DNA of 64,000 bases from Thermotogota bacterium (GTDB lineage: Bacteria; Hydrothermota; Hydrothermia; LBFQ01). A model generated the notes under the pieces. It was not told where the DNA came from, did not search any database, and saw nothing but the letters and a program-made list of their open reading frames with translations. The DNA lies in contig JAADDJ010000052.1 in the NCBI GenBank assembly GCA_013153965.1, positions 5,944 to 69,943 of the forward strand, in the 5' to 3' direction. Shown here in pieces: positions 9,925 to 19,012 of this stretch; position 1 is the stretch's first letter, and every line of letters starts with the position of its first letter. Position numbers and translations under genes: made by a program.

Positions 9925-11637
9925 TCACGCCCCCTTCCTTGAACCTATTCCCTCCATGTGGGCTTTCCAGAGGATTGGATAGACCTTTCCACTCCGCAGT
10001 AAGGTCTCGTGCCTGCCTTCCTCAACCGTCTTACCTCCCACCAGAACGTATATCCGGTCCGTGCGTGCTATTGACGTGAGGCGGTGGGAGGCCAGAACGA
10101 CCGTCTTCCCCAGCTCGCGCAGACGTGAGACCACCCTCTCCTCCGTCTTTGAGTCCAGAGCCGAGAGGGCCTCATCAAGCAGTATCAGCTGGGCGCCACT
10201 TAAAAAGGCCCTCGCCAGAGCCAACCTCTGCCTCTGACCCCCCGATAGCCCCACCCCTCTCTCCCCTATCATGGTGTTTAAGCCGTCGGGCATGGCCCGG
10301 ACGTCCTCCGCCAGCCCCGCCATCTCCAAGGCCCACCAGAGCTCCTCATCCGTGGCGTCGGGCTTGGCGACCCGGAGATTCTCTGCTATGCTCATGGAGA
10401 ATACGAAGGTCTCCTGCGGCACCAGAAGGACGACGGACCTCAAGGAATTTACATCCAGACGCATGTAATCGGTGCCGTTTATGAGGACCTTACCCGAGTG
10501 GGGCGTGTAGAAGCGAACGAGCGTATTTAAAAGGGTGCTCTTGCCGGAGCCCGTGGGCCCCGTTATGCCCACGAACTCCCCCCTCTCTACGTACATATCC
10601 ACACCCTTGAGGACCGCCCTATCCCCGAGGACCACGACCAACCCCTTGACCTCAAGATTATCAAAGCCATTCAGAGGATCACCACCCTCCCTGACGGCCG
10701 GCTCTATGGAGAGATACTCCTTTATACGCTCGTAGGAGGCGCTCCCCCTCTGGACGAGGTTAGCAAACCATCCGAGGGCTATCATGGGCCATATCATCAT
10801 GCCGATGTAGGAGCTGAAGGCCACGTAATCGCCAAGGGATATGTCGCCAACGGTGGTCATCTTTCCACCCACGAGCAGGAGAAGGGCCAGCGACACGTAT
10901 GCGAGGGTGCTTATGGCCGGATGGAACAGCCCATCTATTATGGCGAACTGCAGGTTAAGCTTGAGGAATTCCCCGGATATCTCCGAGTACCTGCCGACGA
11001 GTCTAAATTCCGTATCGTAGGCCTTGACGACCCTTATGCCGCTCAGGATATCCCTCAACCACTCCGTTAGGAAGCCGAAGAAATCCTGAACCTCGCGGAA
11101 CTTGTGGTATATGAGCCTCCCGAGGAAGAACATGACCACCCCGATAAGGGGGAGAGGCACCATCACGGTGGCCGTGAGGGATGGGGATATCAGGAACATG
11201 GCGATTATGGAGAAGGTGGTGTATATCAGAAAGTCTGCTATGGCCACCATGCCCATACCCAAGGCCATGTTTATGGCCCGAAGGTCGTTGGTGAAGAGGG
11301 CCATCACGTCCCCCGTCTTCATCCTCTGGAACAGGAAAGGGTCAAGACGGAGGGTATGCTCGTAGAGGCGCGACCTCAGATTCTTCTCAAGGAGGCGGGA
11401 CGTCCCGATGAAGAAGTATCGCCAGAAGAACCGCAGGAATGAGAAGACGAGGGCCACGGCGACGATGAGGGCGGCCCACCTGGGCACATCACCCACCTCC
11501 CCAACGTAGAGGGAATCAACCGCCCTCCTTATGAACTGCGGAATTATGAGCTGCCCGACATCTACGACGAGCAGCACACCAAACCCTACCAGTATCCTCC
11601 TCCAGTACGGAAGGAGGAGTTTCAGGAGGTTTATCAC
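9925..11637 (-). CDS. ABC transporter, fused permease/ATP-binding protein (MsbA-like exporter)
   Basis: 6-TM N-terminal domain, Walker A GPTGSGKST, signature LSGGQRQRLALAR, Walker B ILLDEALSALD. Confidence 0.85.
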   Translation of the reverse strand: MINLLKLLLPYWRRILVGFGVLLVVDVGQLIIPQFIRRAVDSLYVGEVGDVPRWAALIVAVALVFSFLRFFWRYFFIGTSRLLEKNLRSRLYEHTLRLDPFLFQRMKTGDVMALFTNDLRAINMALGMGMVAIADFLIYTTFSIIAMFLISPSLTATVMVPLPLIGVVMFFLGRLIYHKFREVQDFFGFLTEWLRDILSGIRVVKAYDTEFRLVGRYSEISGEFLKLNLQFAIIDGLFHPAISTLAYVSLALLLLVGGKMTTVGDISLGDYVAFSSYIGMMIWPMIALGWFANLVQRGSASYERIKEYLSIEPAVREGGDPLNGFDNLEVKGLVVVLGDRAVLKGVDMYVERGEFVGITGPTGSGKSTLLNTLVRFYTPHSGKVLINGTDYMRLDVNSLRSVVLLVPQETFVFSMSIAENLRVAKPDATDEELWWALEMAGLAEDVRAMPDGLNTMIGERGVGLSGGQRQRLALARAFLSGAQLILLDEALSALDSKTEERVVSRLRELGKTVVLASHRLTSIARTDRIYVLVGGKTVEEGRHETLLRSGKVYPILWKAHMEGIGSRKGA

Positions 11638-12836
11638 CTACCGGCCACTCCGCTCGTGCTGAAGGCCCGCTTCAGGGCACTCTCAAGGTCCGCTATCAGG
11701 TCCTCCGCATCCTCCAAGCCCACCGACAACCTCACGAGATTCGCCGGAAAGTCGGTCGTGGGAGATAGGGCGTGGGTGGTCAGGGCGGGCGATGTGGCCA
11801 GACTGTCGGTATCCCCGAGGGAGACGGCGAAGTGGAATATCCGCAGGGACGTGATGAATCGCTTGAGATTCTCCCGCGTGCCGTCAAGGACGAAGGAGAC
11901 CATCCCGGAGTACCCCTTCTCCATCTGCTTCTTGGCTATGTGATGGTAGGGGAAGGATTCCAGACCCGGATAATACACCTCCACGACCTCGGGGCGACTC
12001 TCCAGAAATCTCGCCACCCTCATCGCATTCTCCGAGTGCTTGCGCATCCGCACGGCCAAGGTGCGTATCCCCCGGGCGGTGAGCCAAGCGTTGAAGGGCT
12101 GCATCAGGGTACCGAACATCTTGGTAGTGTGGAGAAGCTCCCCCACGAACTCCTCGCTCCCGACGACCACCCCGCCTATGGTGTCCCCGTGCCCGTTCAG
12201 ATACTTGGTCGTACTGTGCAGGACTATGTCCGCTCCCCACCTTATGGGCTTCTGGTGGAAGGGGGTGGCGAAGGTGTTATCCACCACGACCACGGCCCCG
12301 TTCTCGTGGGCGAGATTTGAGACCAGCTCTATATCATAGACGGTGAGGGTGGGATTTCCGGGGGTCTCCACGTAGGCCACCCGGTAGCCCCCCGCCTTGA
12401 GGGCGTCGTAGAACTCCTCCGGCCCGAGGACATCAACCCGTATTCCGAGATGCTCCTGAAGGTACGCGAACAGCTCACCCGTCCCCCCATAGACCGGCTT
12501 GGAGGATACCATCCTGTCCCCCGGCTTGAGGAGAGTCAGGAGGGTGGTGGCTATGGCGGCCATACCGGAGTTGAAGGCAACACCGGCCTCGGCCCCCTCC
12601 AGCAGGGCCACCTTCTTGCCCAGATAGAGGGCGTTAGGGTTGGAGACGCGGGTGTATATGTGGTGGTGCTCCTCACCCGTGAAGGCGCCGTAAGCCTCCT
12701 CCAGGGAGTCAAAGATGAAGGTGGAAGTCTGGTATATGGGGAGGCGGTGGGCGTTTATGGACTTGTTCGTTTGAGCGTCGGTCTTGTGGAACCTTTCCTC
12801 ATCAAGACCTCGTACGATCTTCGTATCCTCATGCAT
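11634..12836 (-). CDS. PLP-dependent Cys/Met metabolism enzyme (cystathionine gamma-synthase / methionine gamma-lyase / O-acetylhomoserine sulfhydrylase family)
   Basis: 400 aa; family motifs YTRVSNPN, SSTKYLNGHGD (PLP lysine). SD AAGGGGGA 6 nt upstream. Overlaps the ABC gene by 4 nt. Confidence 0.8.
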   Translation of the reverse strand: MHEDTKIVRGLDEERFHKTDAQTNKSINAHRLPIYQTSTFIFDSLEEAYGAFTGEEHHHIYTRVSNPNALYLGKKVALLEGAEAGVAFNSGMAAIATTLLTLLKPGDRMVSSKPVYGGTGELFAYLQEHLGIRVDVLGPEEFYDALKAGGYRVAYVETPGNPTLTVYDIELVSNLAHENGAVVVVDNTFATPFHQKPIRWGADIVLHSTTKYLNGHGDTIGGVVVGSEEFVGELLHTTKMFGTLMQPFNAWLTARGIRTLAVRMRKHSENAMRVARFLESRPEVVEVYYPGLESFPYHHIAKKQMEKGYSGMVSFVLDGTRENLKRFITSLRIFHFAVSLGDTDSLATSPALTTHALSPTTDFPANLVRLSVGLEDAEDLIADLESALKRAFSTSGVAGR

Positions 12837-12925
12837 AGCTTCCCCCTTGTTGTGGTATTATAGCCTTGAAACCCGCGGGAGGGCGCGCCCTGCAGGGGGA
12901 TCGTTGGCACCGTGGGGGCACCGTG

Positions 12926-12954
12926 GTGTGCTTTCGGCGGTAAAATCCCCACCT
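12926..12954 (+). promoter_or_regulatory. etfB promoter GTGTGCTTTCGGCGGTAAAAT then 8 nt then ATG
   Basis: Near-identical to 31577-31603 (GTGTCGCTTCGGCGGTAAAAT then 7 nt then ATG). Confidence 0.5.
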
Positions 12955-13695
12955 ATGAAGGTCCTCGTGTTCATAAAGCGCACACCTGACACCGCCGCCG
13001 TGGTCAAACCCACGCCCGACGGCAAGGACATAGTCAGGGACGGTTTAGCCTTCATCATAAATCCCTACGACGAGTTCGCGGTCCAAGAGGCGGTGAATCT
13101 GCAGAAATCCAAGGGAGCGGAGACCGTGGTCATGACGGTGGGGGACGACGCCTCCGTTGAGCAGTTGAGGCGGGCCCTCGCCATGGGTATAGATAGGGCG
13201 ATACTGGTGAAGCACGACAGATTCTGGGAGTTGAATCCCTCGCAGGTGGGCTACGCCATCGCCGAGATAGCCCGCAGAGAGAAGCCCGACATCATCCTCA
13301 TGGGTAAGGTGACCATAGACGATTACACCTACGCCCTGCCCGGGTACGTGGCCCAAGCCCTCGGCTACAACCTCCTGACCTACGCCGTGAAGCTGGAGTA
13401 CGGCGACGGCTCCGTCAAGGGCGAGAGGGAGAGCGATCTGGGTAAGGAGACGTGGGAGGTCCCCTATCCGATAGTGATAAGCGCCGAGAGGGGACTGAAC
13501 GAGCCCCAGATACCCACGGTGATGGGCATAATGAAGGCCAAGCGCAAACCCCTGGAGACCGTTGACCTGGAGCTCCCCTCATACGAGTACGAGATAGTGG
13601 AGCTGACCCCGCCGCCCCCGCGCAAGGGCGTGAAACTGCTCCAGAGCGTGGATGAGCTTATAAAGGTCCTCAAAGAGGAGGTGAAGATACTATGA
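12955..13695 (+). CDS. etfB: Electron transfer flavoprotein beta subunit
   Basis: MKVLVFIKRTPDTAAVVKP...IINPYDEFAVQEA typical of ETF-beta. Track ORF starts upstream at 12784; ATG 12955 fits the family N-terminus and the leaderless promoter. Confidence 0.85.
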   Translation: MKVLVFIKRTPDTAAVVKPTPDGKDIVRDGLAFIINPYDEFAVQEAVNLQKSKGAETVVMTVGDDASVEQLRRALAMGIDRAILVKHDRFWELNPSQVGYAIAEIARREKPDIILMGKVTIDDYTYALPGYVAQALGYNLLTYAVKLEYGDGSVKGERESDLGKETWEVPYPIVISAERGLNEPQIPTVMGIMKAKRKPLETVDLELPSYEYEIVELTPPPPRKGVKLLQSVDELIKVLKEEVKIL

Positions 13696-14639
13696 AGGCC
13701 TTAGTCTTCGTTGAGACCACCAAGGGCAAGATAAAGGAGGCTTCACTTGAGGCCATAGGTTTCGCCCACCAGATAGCCGACGAGGTGGTCGCCGTGGTCG
13801 TGGGCAAGGGCGTTGAGAGGAGCCTGAAGGGTGTAGGCAAGGCTTACATATACGAGGATGACAGGCTGGAGATTCCTCTCTCGGCACCCATAGCGAAGGT
13901 GATTGAGGAGGCCCAGAATCGGGAGAAGGCAAAGTACGTTATCCTATCCGCCACCCCCTTCGGTAAGGAGTTGGGAGGACGCCTCGCCGCCCTCTTCAAC
14001 GCGCCCATACTTGACGACTTCACCGGCTACGAGAACGGCCTCTTCGTAAAGGGCTTCTACTCAAACAAGGTCTTCGCCAAGATAAGGATAGACGGCGATA
14101 CGGTCGTACTCTCACCCCGTCCCAAGGCCTTTAAGCCCACCGACGATGCCACGGAGCCCGAGTACGTCCCTCTGGACATCACCTTGGACGACTCCCTCTT
14201 CGCGGCCAAGCTCGTTGATGTGAAGGAGAAGTCCCCCGAGGACATAGACGTAACCGAGGCCGACATAGTCGTATCCGGCGGCCGCGGGATGGGTAGCGCC
14301 GAGAACTTCCAGAAGTGGATACCCGCCCTCAAGGACGCTCTCGCCAAGGCCACGGGCCTGAAGGTAGCCTACGGCGCGTCCCGCGCGGCCGTTGATGCCG
14401 GATGGGTGGATCACTCCCACCAGGTGGGTCAGACCGGTAAGACGGTCTCACCTCTGGTGTATTTCGCCATAGGCATATCGGGGGCCATCCAGCACCAGGC
14501 CGGGATGCGCACATCCAAGGTCATAGTGGCCATAAACAAGGACCCGGAGGCCCCCATCTTCGGCATAGCCGATTACGGCATCGTGGCCAAGTGGGAGGAC
14601 GTGCTTCCCGAGCTGATTGAGAAGCTGAAGGGCGAGTAG
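13692..14639 (+). CDS. etfA: Electron transfer flavoprotein alpha subunit
   Basis: 315 aa, FAD-binding C-terminal motifs (SGGRGMGS, PLVYFAIGISGAIQHQAGM). ATGA overlap with etfB. Confidence 0.85.
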   Translation: MKALVFVETTKGKIKEASLEAIGFAHQIADEVVAVVVGKGVERSLKGVGKAYIYEDDRLEIPLSAPIAKVIEEAQNREKAKYVILSATPFGKELGGRLAALFNAPILDDFTGYENGLFVKGFYSNKVFAKIRIDGDTVVLSPRPKAFKPTDDATEPEYVPLDITLDDSLFAAKLVDVKEKSPEDIDVTEADIVVSGGRGMGSAENFQKWIPALKDALAKATGLKVAYGASRAAVDAGWVDHSHQVGQTGKTVSPLVYFAIGISGAIQHQAGMRTSKVIVAINKDPEAPIFGIADYGIVAKWEDVLPELIEKLKGE

Positions 14640-14641
14640 GG

Positions 14642-14675
14642 GCGCGAAAATTCGCAAGTCGCGCTTTACAATTTT
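14642..14675 (+). terminator. Candidate hairpin GCGCGA-N11-TCGCGC then T-rich tract after etfA
   Basis: Stem 14642-47 / 14659-64, followed by TTTACAATTTT. This also carries the yggS TACAAT. Confidence 0.3.
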
Positions 14676-14678
14676 GGA

Positions 14679-15326
14679 GTGATGGTGGGGTATAGGAGGT
14701 TCGTTGAGGAGGTTGGGGAGTTCATGGACAAGATAGGGCGGAGGGATGAGGTTCTGGTGGTGGCCGTGAGCAAGGGGGTTGATGTGGAGAGGATACTCCA
14801 AGCCTACCGGCAGGGATGCAGGCACTTCGGGGAGAACCGGGTTCAGGAGGCCGCGCGCAAGCTCCCCAAGATAGACGCCGAGGACATCACCTGGCACATG
14901 ATAGGCCACCTCCAGAGGAACAAGGTCTCCAAGGCCGTTAGGCTCTTTCAGGTCGTCCAGTCAATAGACAGGCGGGAGATAGCGGAGGCGCTGAGCCGCA
15001 GGCTGGAGCATCCGATGGAGGTCTTCGTTGAAGTGAATACGTCGGGGGAGCCCCAGAAACACGGGGTTTCCCCCCATGAGGCCGACGACCTGATTGAGTA
15101 CGTGCGCTCCCTCCCCAACCTCCGTCTCGTGGGCCTCATGACCGTGGGCCCCTACCCGGTGGAGGAGAGGCGGAGCAGGAGGGCCTTTGCCCTCCTGCGG
15201 GAGATAGCAGAGAGGCACGGCCTCCCCAAGATATCGGCCGGGATGACGGAGGACTGGAAGTACGCCCTGATGGAGGGCGCCAACGTCCTGCGCATAGGCA
15301 GGGGGATCTTCGGCCCCCGCTCTTAG
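14679..15326 (+). CDS. yggS: YggS-family pyridoxal phosphate homeostasis protein
   Basis: 215 aa, alanine-racemase-N-like fold, LVGLMTVGPY motif. TACAAT then 9 nt then ATG (14682). Confidence 0.8.
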   Translation: MMVGYRRFVEEVGEFMDKIGRRDEVLVVAVSKGVDVERILQAYRQGCRHFGENRVQEAARKLPKIDAEDITWHMIGHLQRNKVSKAVRLFQVVQSIDRREIAEALSRRLEHPMEVFVEVNTSGEPQKHGVSPHEADDLIEYVRSLPNLRLVGLMTVGPYPVEERRSRRAFALLREIAERHGLPKISAGMTEDWKYALMEGANVLRIGRGIFGPRS

Positions 15327-17392
15327 CCCAGAACCACCCTCCCATCCACGGCCACGACCCCCTTCCCCTCCGGCAGGGCGAAGAGGGGGTTTATATCCAG
15401 CTCCCTTATCTGGGGGAACTTATGCACCAGCTTGGCCACCTTCAGTATGGCGTCCCTTATGGCGTCTATGTCGGCTCTCGGCTCCCCTCTGAAGGCCTCT
15501 AACATGTTGTAGCCCTTGATGCTCCGTATCATATGGTCCGCCCAAGGCTCGCCGAAAGGTACGACGCCCAAGGAGACGTCCTTGAAGACTTCAACCATTA
15601 TCCCGCCGAGCCCGAAGAGGACCACGTGGCCGAAAAGATCATCGTGCTTGGCCCCCACTATCAGCTCCCTCCGGCTCTTGACCATCTCCTGAATCAGGAA
15701 GCCCTTGAACTCAACGCCGTGCCTGCGGGCGTTCTCCTCCATCTCCTTAAGCCTCTTCAGGAGCATCTCCTCATCCTTCACGTTCAGAGCCACTCCCCCG
15801 ACGTCCGTCTTGTGTATCCCCTCGTCGGCGACTATCTTCACCGCCAGAGGATAGTTCAGACCCTCCACGTACTTGAGAGGGTCCTCACCCAAGGGAACGA
15901 AGCGGTACGGGGCCACCTTTATGCCTATCGCCTCTATCAGGGCCAGAGACTCAACCAGATCCAGCTTGTCCTTGCCCTCCAGTATCTCGGCCACCCGCTG
16001 GGTGTCTATGACGGCGGGATTGTGGGTGTCCATGAAGCGGGGCTTGTATATGTAGTAGTCGCGGCTGACGGCCAGGGCCTTGAGGGCATCCCCCGGCTCG
16101 TCAAAGAGGGGGAAGTCGTACATCTTCTTGACGGTAGCCACCTCCTCCTGCGTGCTAAATATCACCACGGCTATAGGTTTGTCGTACTTCTCGGAGAGGG
16201 TCTTTATCTTGGGTATGAGGGGACGGGATATCTCCGCCTGGTTGGGCGAATACACGTGCAGGAAGACCAGCCCATCCAGCTGGGTCTCCTTCAGGGCCTG
16301 CTCTATCACGGCCACGTACAGGTTGAAGTCAAACATGTCCCCCAGGTCAAGTGGGTTGGTGGGATTTATCACGTTGGCGCGGAAGTACTTGCGCACCTCC
16401 TTCAGGAAGCGATCGGAGAAAGGCACCAGCTCAAACTTGTACTCATCCACGGCATCCGCCGCCACCACGGCGTGCCCTCCGGAGCGGGATATGACGGCCA
16501 GACGGTTGCCCCTCATGGGTGGCAAGGAGAAGGCCTTGGCGGCGTTTATCATGTCGTGGAGGGTATGGACGCGCACGAATCCCAGCTGCTTCGTGGCCGC
16601 ATCTACTATGCGATCATCCACGGCCAACGAGGCGGTGTGGGACTGGGCTATGCGCTGGCTGGACTTACCGGTGTTGGACTTGTGGATTATGACGGGTTTG
16701 GTCACGTGGCGGCCGACCTCCATGAAGCGTCGCCCATCCTTTATCCCCTCCAGATACATGCCGATGATCCGGGTGGAGGGGTCGGCGTTCAGGTACTCCA
16801 AGAAGTCGTTCTCGTCCATCTGGAGTTTGTTTCCCAAACTTACGAACTTGTTTATCCCCAGATTCTCAAAGGACAGTAGGTCTATGTAGGACAGTCCGAT
16901 GCCGCCGCTCTGGGAGAGGATGGAGATGTTGCCGGCCTTGGTGGTCTCCGGATACATGGCCGTGAAGGGCAAGACCACTCCCTTCTCCATGTTAATTATG
17001 CCGAGACCGTTGGGACCCACGAACCTTATGCCGTAGGTCTCCGCTATGTCCAGCATCTGCCTCTCCAAGACCCTCCTCTCCTCGGCGAACTCCCCGAAGC
17101 CGGCCGACTCTATCACCACCCTCTTTATTCCCTTCTTGCCGCAAACCTCCAGAATGTGGGGTACGGTGTTGGCCGGCGTTATTATGACCGCAAGGTCTAT
17201 GCCCGGAGGAACTTCGTTGAGATCGCTTATTATCTGCTGCCCGTAGAGGACGCCCCCGCGGGGCGAGTACATGTATATCCGTCCCGGATAGCCAAAACGT
17301 AGCAGGTTCCCCACTATCACCCGACCGAGATTCCCCGGACGAGGGGAGGCACCGAAGACTATTATGCTGTCGGGATAGAAGAGTTTCTCCAT
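15323..17392 (-). CDS. Acetyl-CoA synthetase (ADP-forming), fused alpha/beta; CoA-binding, succinyl-CoA-synthetase-like, and ATP-grasp domains
   Basis: 689 aa; N-terminal CoA-binding (IIVFGASPRPGNLG), C-terminal ATP-grasp. TAGAAT then 8 nt then ATG. Confidence 0.75.
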   Translation of the reverse strand: MEKLFYPDSIIVFGASPRPGNLGRVIVGNLLRFGYPGRIYMYSPRGGVLYGQQIISDLNEVPPGIDLAVIITPANTVPHILEVCGKKGIKRVVIESAGFGEFAEERRVLERQMLDIAETYGIRFVGPNGLGIINMEKGVVLPFTAMYPETTKAGNISILSQSGGIGLSYIDLLSFENLGINKFVSLGNKLQMDENDFLEYLNADPSTRIIGMYLEGIKDGRRFMEVGRHVTKPVIIHKSNTGKSSQRIAQSHTASLAVDDRIVDAATKQLGFVRVHTLHDMINAAKAFSLPPMRGNRLAVISRSGGHAVVAADAVDEYKFELVPFSDRFLKEVRKYFRANVINPTNPLDLGDMFDFNLYVAVIEQALKETQLDGLVFLHVYSPNQAEISRPLIPKIKTLSEKYDKPIAVVIFSTQEEVATVKKMYDFPLFDEPGDALKALAVSRDYYIYKPRFMDTHNPAVIDTQRVAEILEGKDKLDLVESLALIEAIGIKVAPYRFVPLGEDPLKYVEGLNYPLAVKIVADEGIHKTDVGGVALNVKDEEMLLKRLKEMEENARRHGVEFKGFLIQEMVKSRRELIVGAKHDDLFGHVVLFGLGGIMVEVFKDVSLGVVPFGEPWADHMIRSIKGYNMLEAFRGEPRADIDAIRDAILKVAKLVHKFPQIRELDINPLFALPEGKGVVAVDGRVVLG

Positions 17393-17444
17393 AGGGGAAG
17401 ATTCTATGAGCGTCTTCGGTGTCGCGGGAGGCCGAAGGGCGAGT

Positions 17445-17819
17445 TTATCTCAAACGTCGTTTGTAATCCTCGCAGGCCCCCACCCACAGGCGGCGGAAAT
17501 CCTCATGACTAACTATCCTCCGTGCGAGAGCGGGAATGGACGTTATGCCCTCCCGGAGGGCCCATCCGACCGCCCACCTGTACATCTCCATATCCACTGG
17601 GTCGGTATCGTAGCGGCAGGGGATGTAAGCGAAGCCGGCCCTTACCAGAGCGAAGGCCGTGTGATGCCCATCCAAGAGGACGATGCGACCGTCCATCCTC
17701 CTAACGGGGAAGGGACGCAGGATACCCCCCTTTACGGTGAGGATAGCCCTCTCAAGCAACTTGCGGCTCAGGTACGTTTGGGAGGGTTGGACCTCCCTCA
17801 CGTGGCACCAGAACATCAA
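17445..17819 (-). CDS. Small hypothetical protein with ParB/Srx-like motif (LLDGHHTAFA)
   Basis: 124 aa; DGHH(T/R) resembles the ParB/sulfiredoxin signature. Weak call. Confidence 0.3.
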   Translation of the reverse strand: MMFWCHVREVQPSQTYLSRKLLERAILTVKGGILRPFPVRRMDGRIVLLDGHHTAFALVRAGFAYIPCRYDTDPVDMEMYRWAVGWALREGITSIPALARRIVSHEDFRRLWVGACEDYKRRLR

Positions 17820-18664
17820 ACGTAGGCGGAGGGCAGAGCCAGAGAGCGGAGCATCCGGACGTCCCTCATGTACTTGGATACCGGATACTCGTTTATGAAG
17901 CCGTAGCCCCCGAATATCTGGGTGGCCTTCTCCGTCATGAAGGTGGCGGCGTCAAACACCTGCCACGCGGCCCTACGAATCTCATCCTCCGACGTGGCCA
18001 TCAGAAGCGTCCGCTCGGAGGCTTCCAGCTTGGCCCTCCCCTCGTTTAGGAAGCGGCGTATCTCCTCGTAGTCGTGTATGGGATGGCCGAAGGCCTTCCT
18101 CTCCTTGGAGTAGCGCAGGGCCTCGTCGTAGGCGGCGAGCCCCACACCCACCGCGGCGGCCAGGGCGTAATGCAGGAGCCTCAAGTGAGCCTCGGGAGAG
18201 GCGTCCTCCTCGGCCGCGAAACGTCCCGACCACCACCTCAAGCCCCGGAGCCCCAGAACGGACACCCTCTCGCCGACGAACTTCCCCACCTTTCCCCCAC
18301 CGTAGGCCCTATCCGGCTCCCCGAAGAGGAGGCTATCGCCCCACACGACGCCGTATCCCCTCAATCCGAACTCCGCCAGGGCCAAGGTGGCCCCCACGTC
18401 CATGGCCACGGCGCCCTCACCCCTCGCCAGATTGAGGACGGCCTTGATTCGGACCGGCAGAGGTAGGGTGTTCATCTCGTCGGATAGGGCCCCCGCCTCC
18501 TCCAGCTCTCGGAGCACCTCGTCGTGGGCTTGGGGGTCGTCCAGCTTGAGCACATCGGGCAGAAGTCTTTTGCGTGCTATCTCATCGTAGAGGGCGAGGA
18601 TCTCGCCGTACTCCTTGAGAACTTCCATCGCTGCTATTCTACGGGCGCCCTCACAGGGTTTCAA
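17816..18664 (-). CDS. Acyl-CoA dehydrogenase family protein (short, C-terminal alpha domain conserved)
   Basis: 282 aa; C-terminal ACAD motif IFGGYGFINEYPVSKYMRDVRMLR. N-terminal/beta domains reduced. Confidence 0.5.
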   Translation of the reverse strand: MKPCEGARRIAAMEVLKEYGEILALYDEIARKRLLPDVLKLDDPQAHDEVLRELEEAGALSDEMNTLPLPVRIKAVLNLARGEGAVAMDVGATLALAEFGLRGYGVVWGDSLLFGEPDRAYGGGKVGKFVGERVSVLGLRGLRWWSGRFAAEEDASPEAHLRLLHYALAAAVGVGLAAYDEALRYSKERKAFGHPIHDYEEIRRFLNEGRAKLEASERTLLMATSEDEIRRAAWQVFDAATFMTEKATQIFGGYGFINEYPVSKYMRDVRMLRSLALPSAYV

Positions 18665-18989
18665 ACTCCGATAGGGACATGAGGCTTCCGAACACCACGA
18701 AAAGCAGGACGAAGACGAGGATTAGGAGGATCAACGCTACGATGGCGTATATGCCCATCATGGTGAAGAATCCGTTCAGCTTCTCGTGGTAGCGCAGGAG
18801 GGAGGCCTCATCGCCGGAGTACTTGAACCTGTCGGCGGCGTTGGCCGCCTGATAGAGGTTTATGCCCGCTATTATGAGGAATATTCCGAGGGGAATGGAG
18901 AATACGCCACTTAGGATGTTGAGGATGCCCAAAAACTTCATCCATCCGGATGAGCCGCCAACGACGCCCTTTAAACGCTCCAAATTCAT
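18651..18989 (-). CDS. Small membrane protein (3 TM)
   Basis: 112 aa hydrophobic. TAAAAT then 7 nt then ATG, directly after the stop of the upstream gene. Confidence 0.5.
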   Translation of the reverse strand: MNLERLKGVVGGSSGWMKFLGILNILSGVFSIPLGIFLIIAGINLYQAANAADRFKYSGDEASLLRYHEKLNGFFTMMGIYAIVALILLILVFVLLFVVFGSLMSLSEFETL

Positions 18990-19012
18990 CGCCGAAATTT
19001 TAAAGGGGAGTT

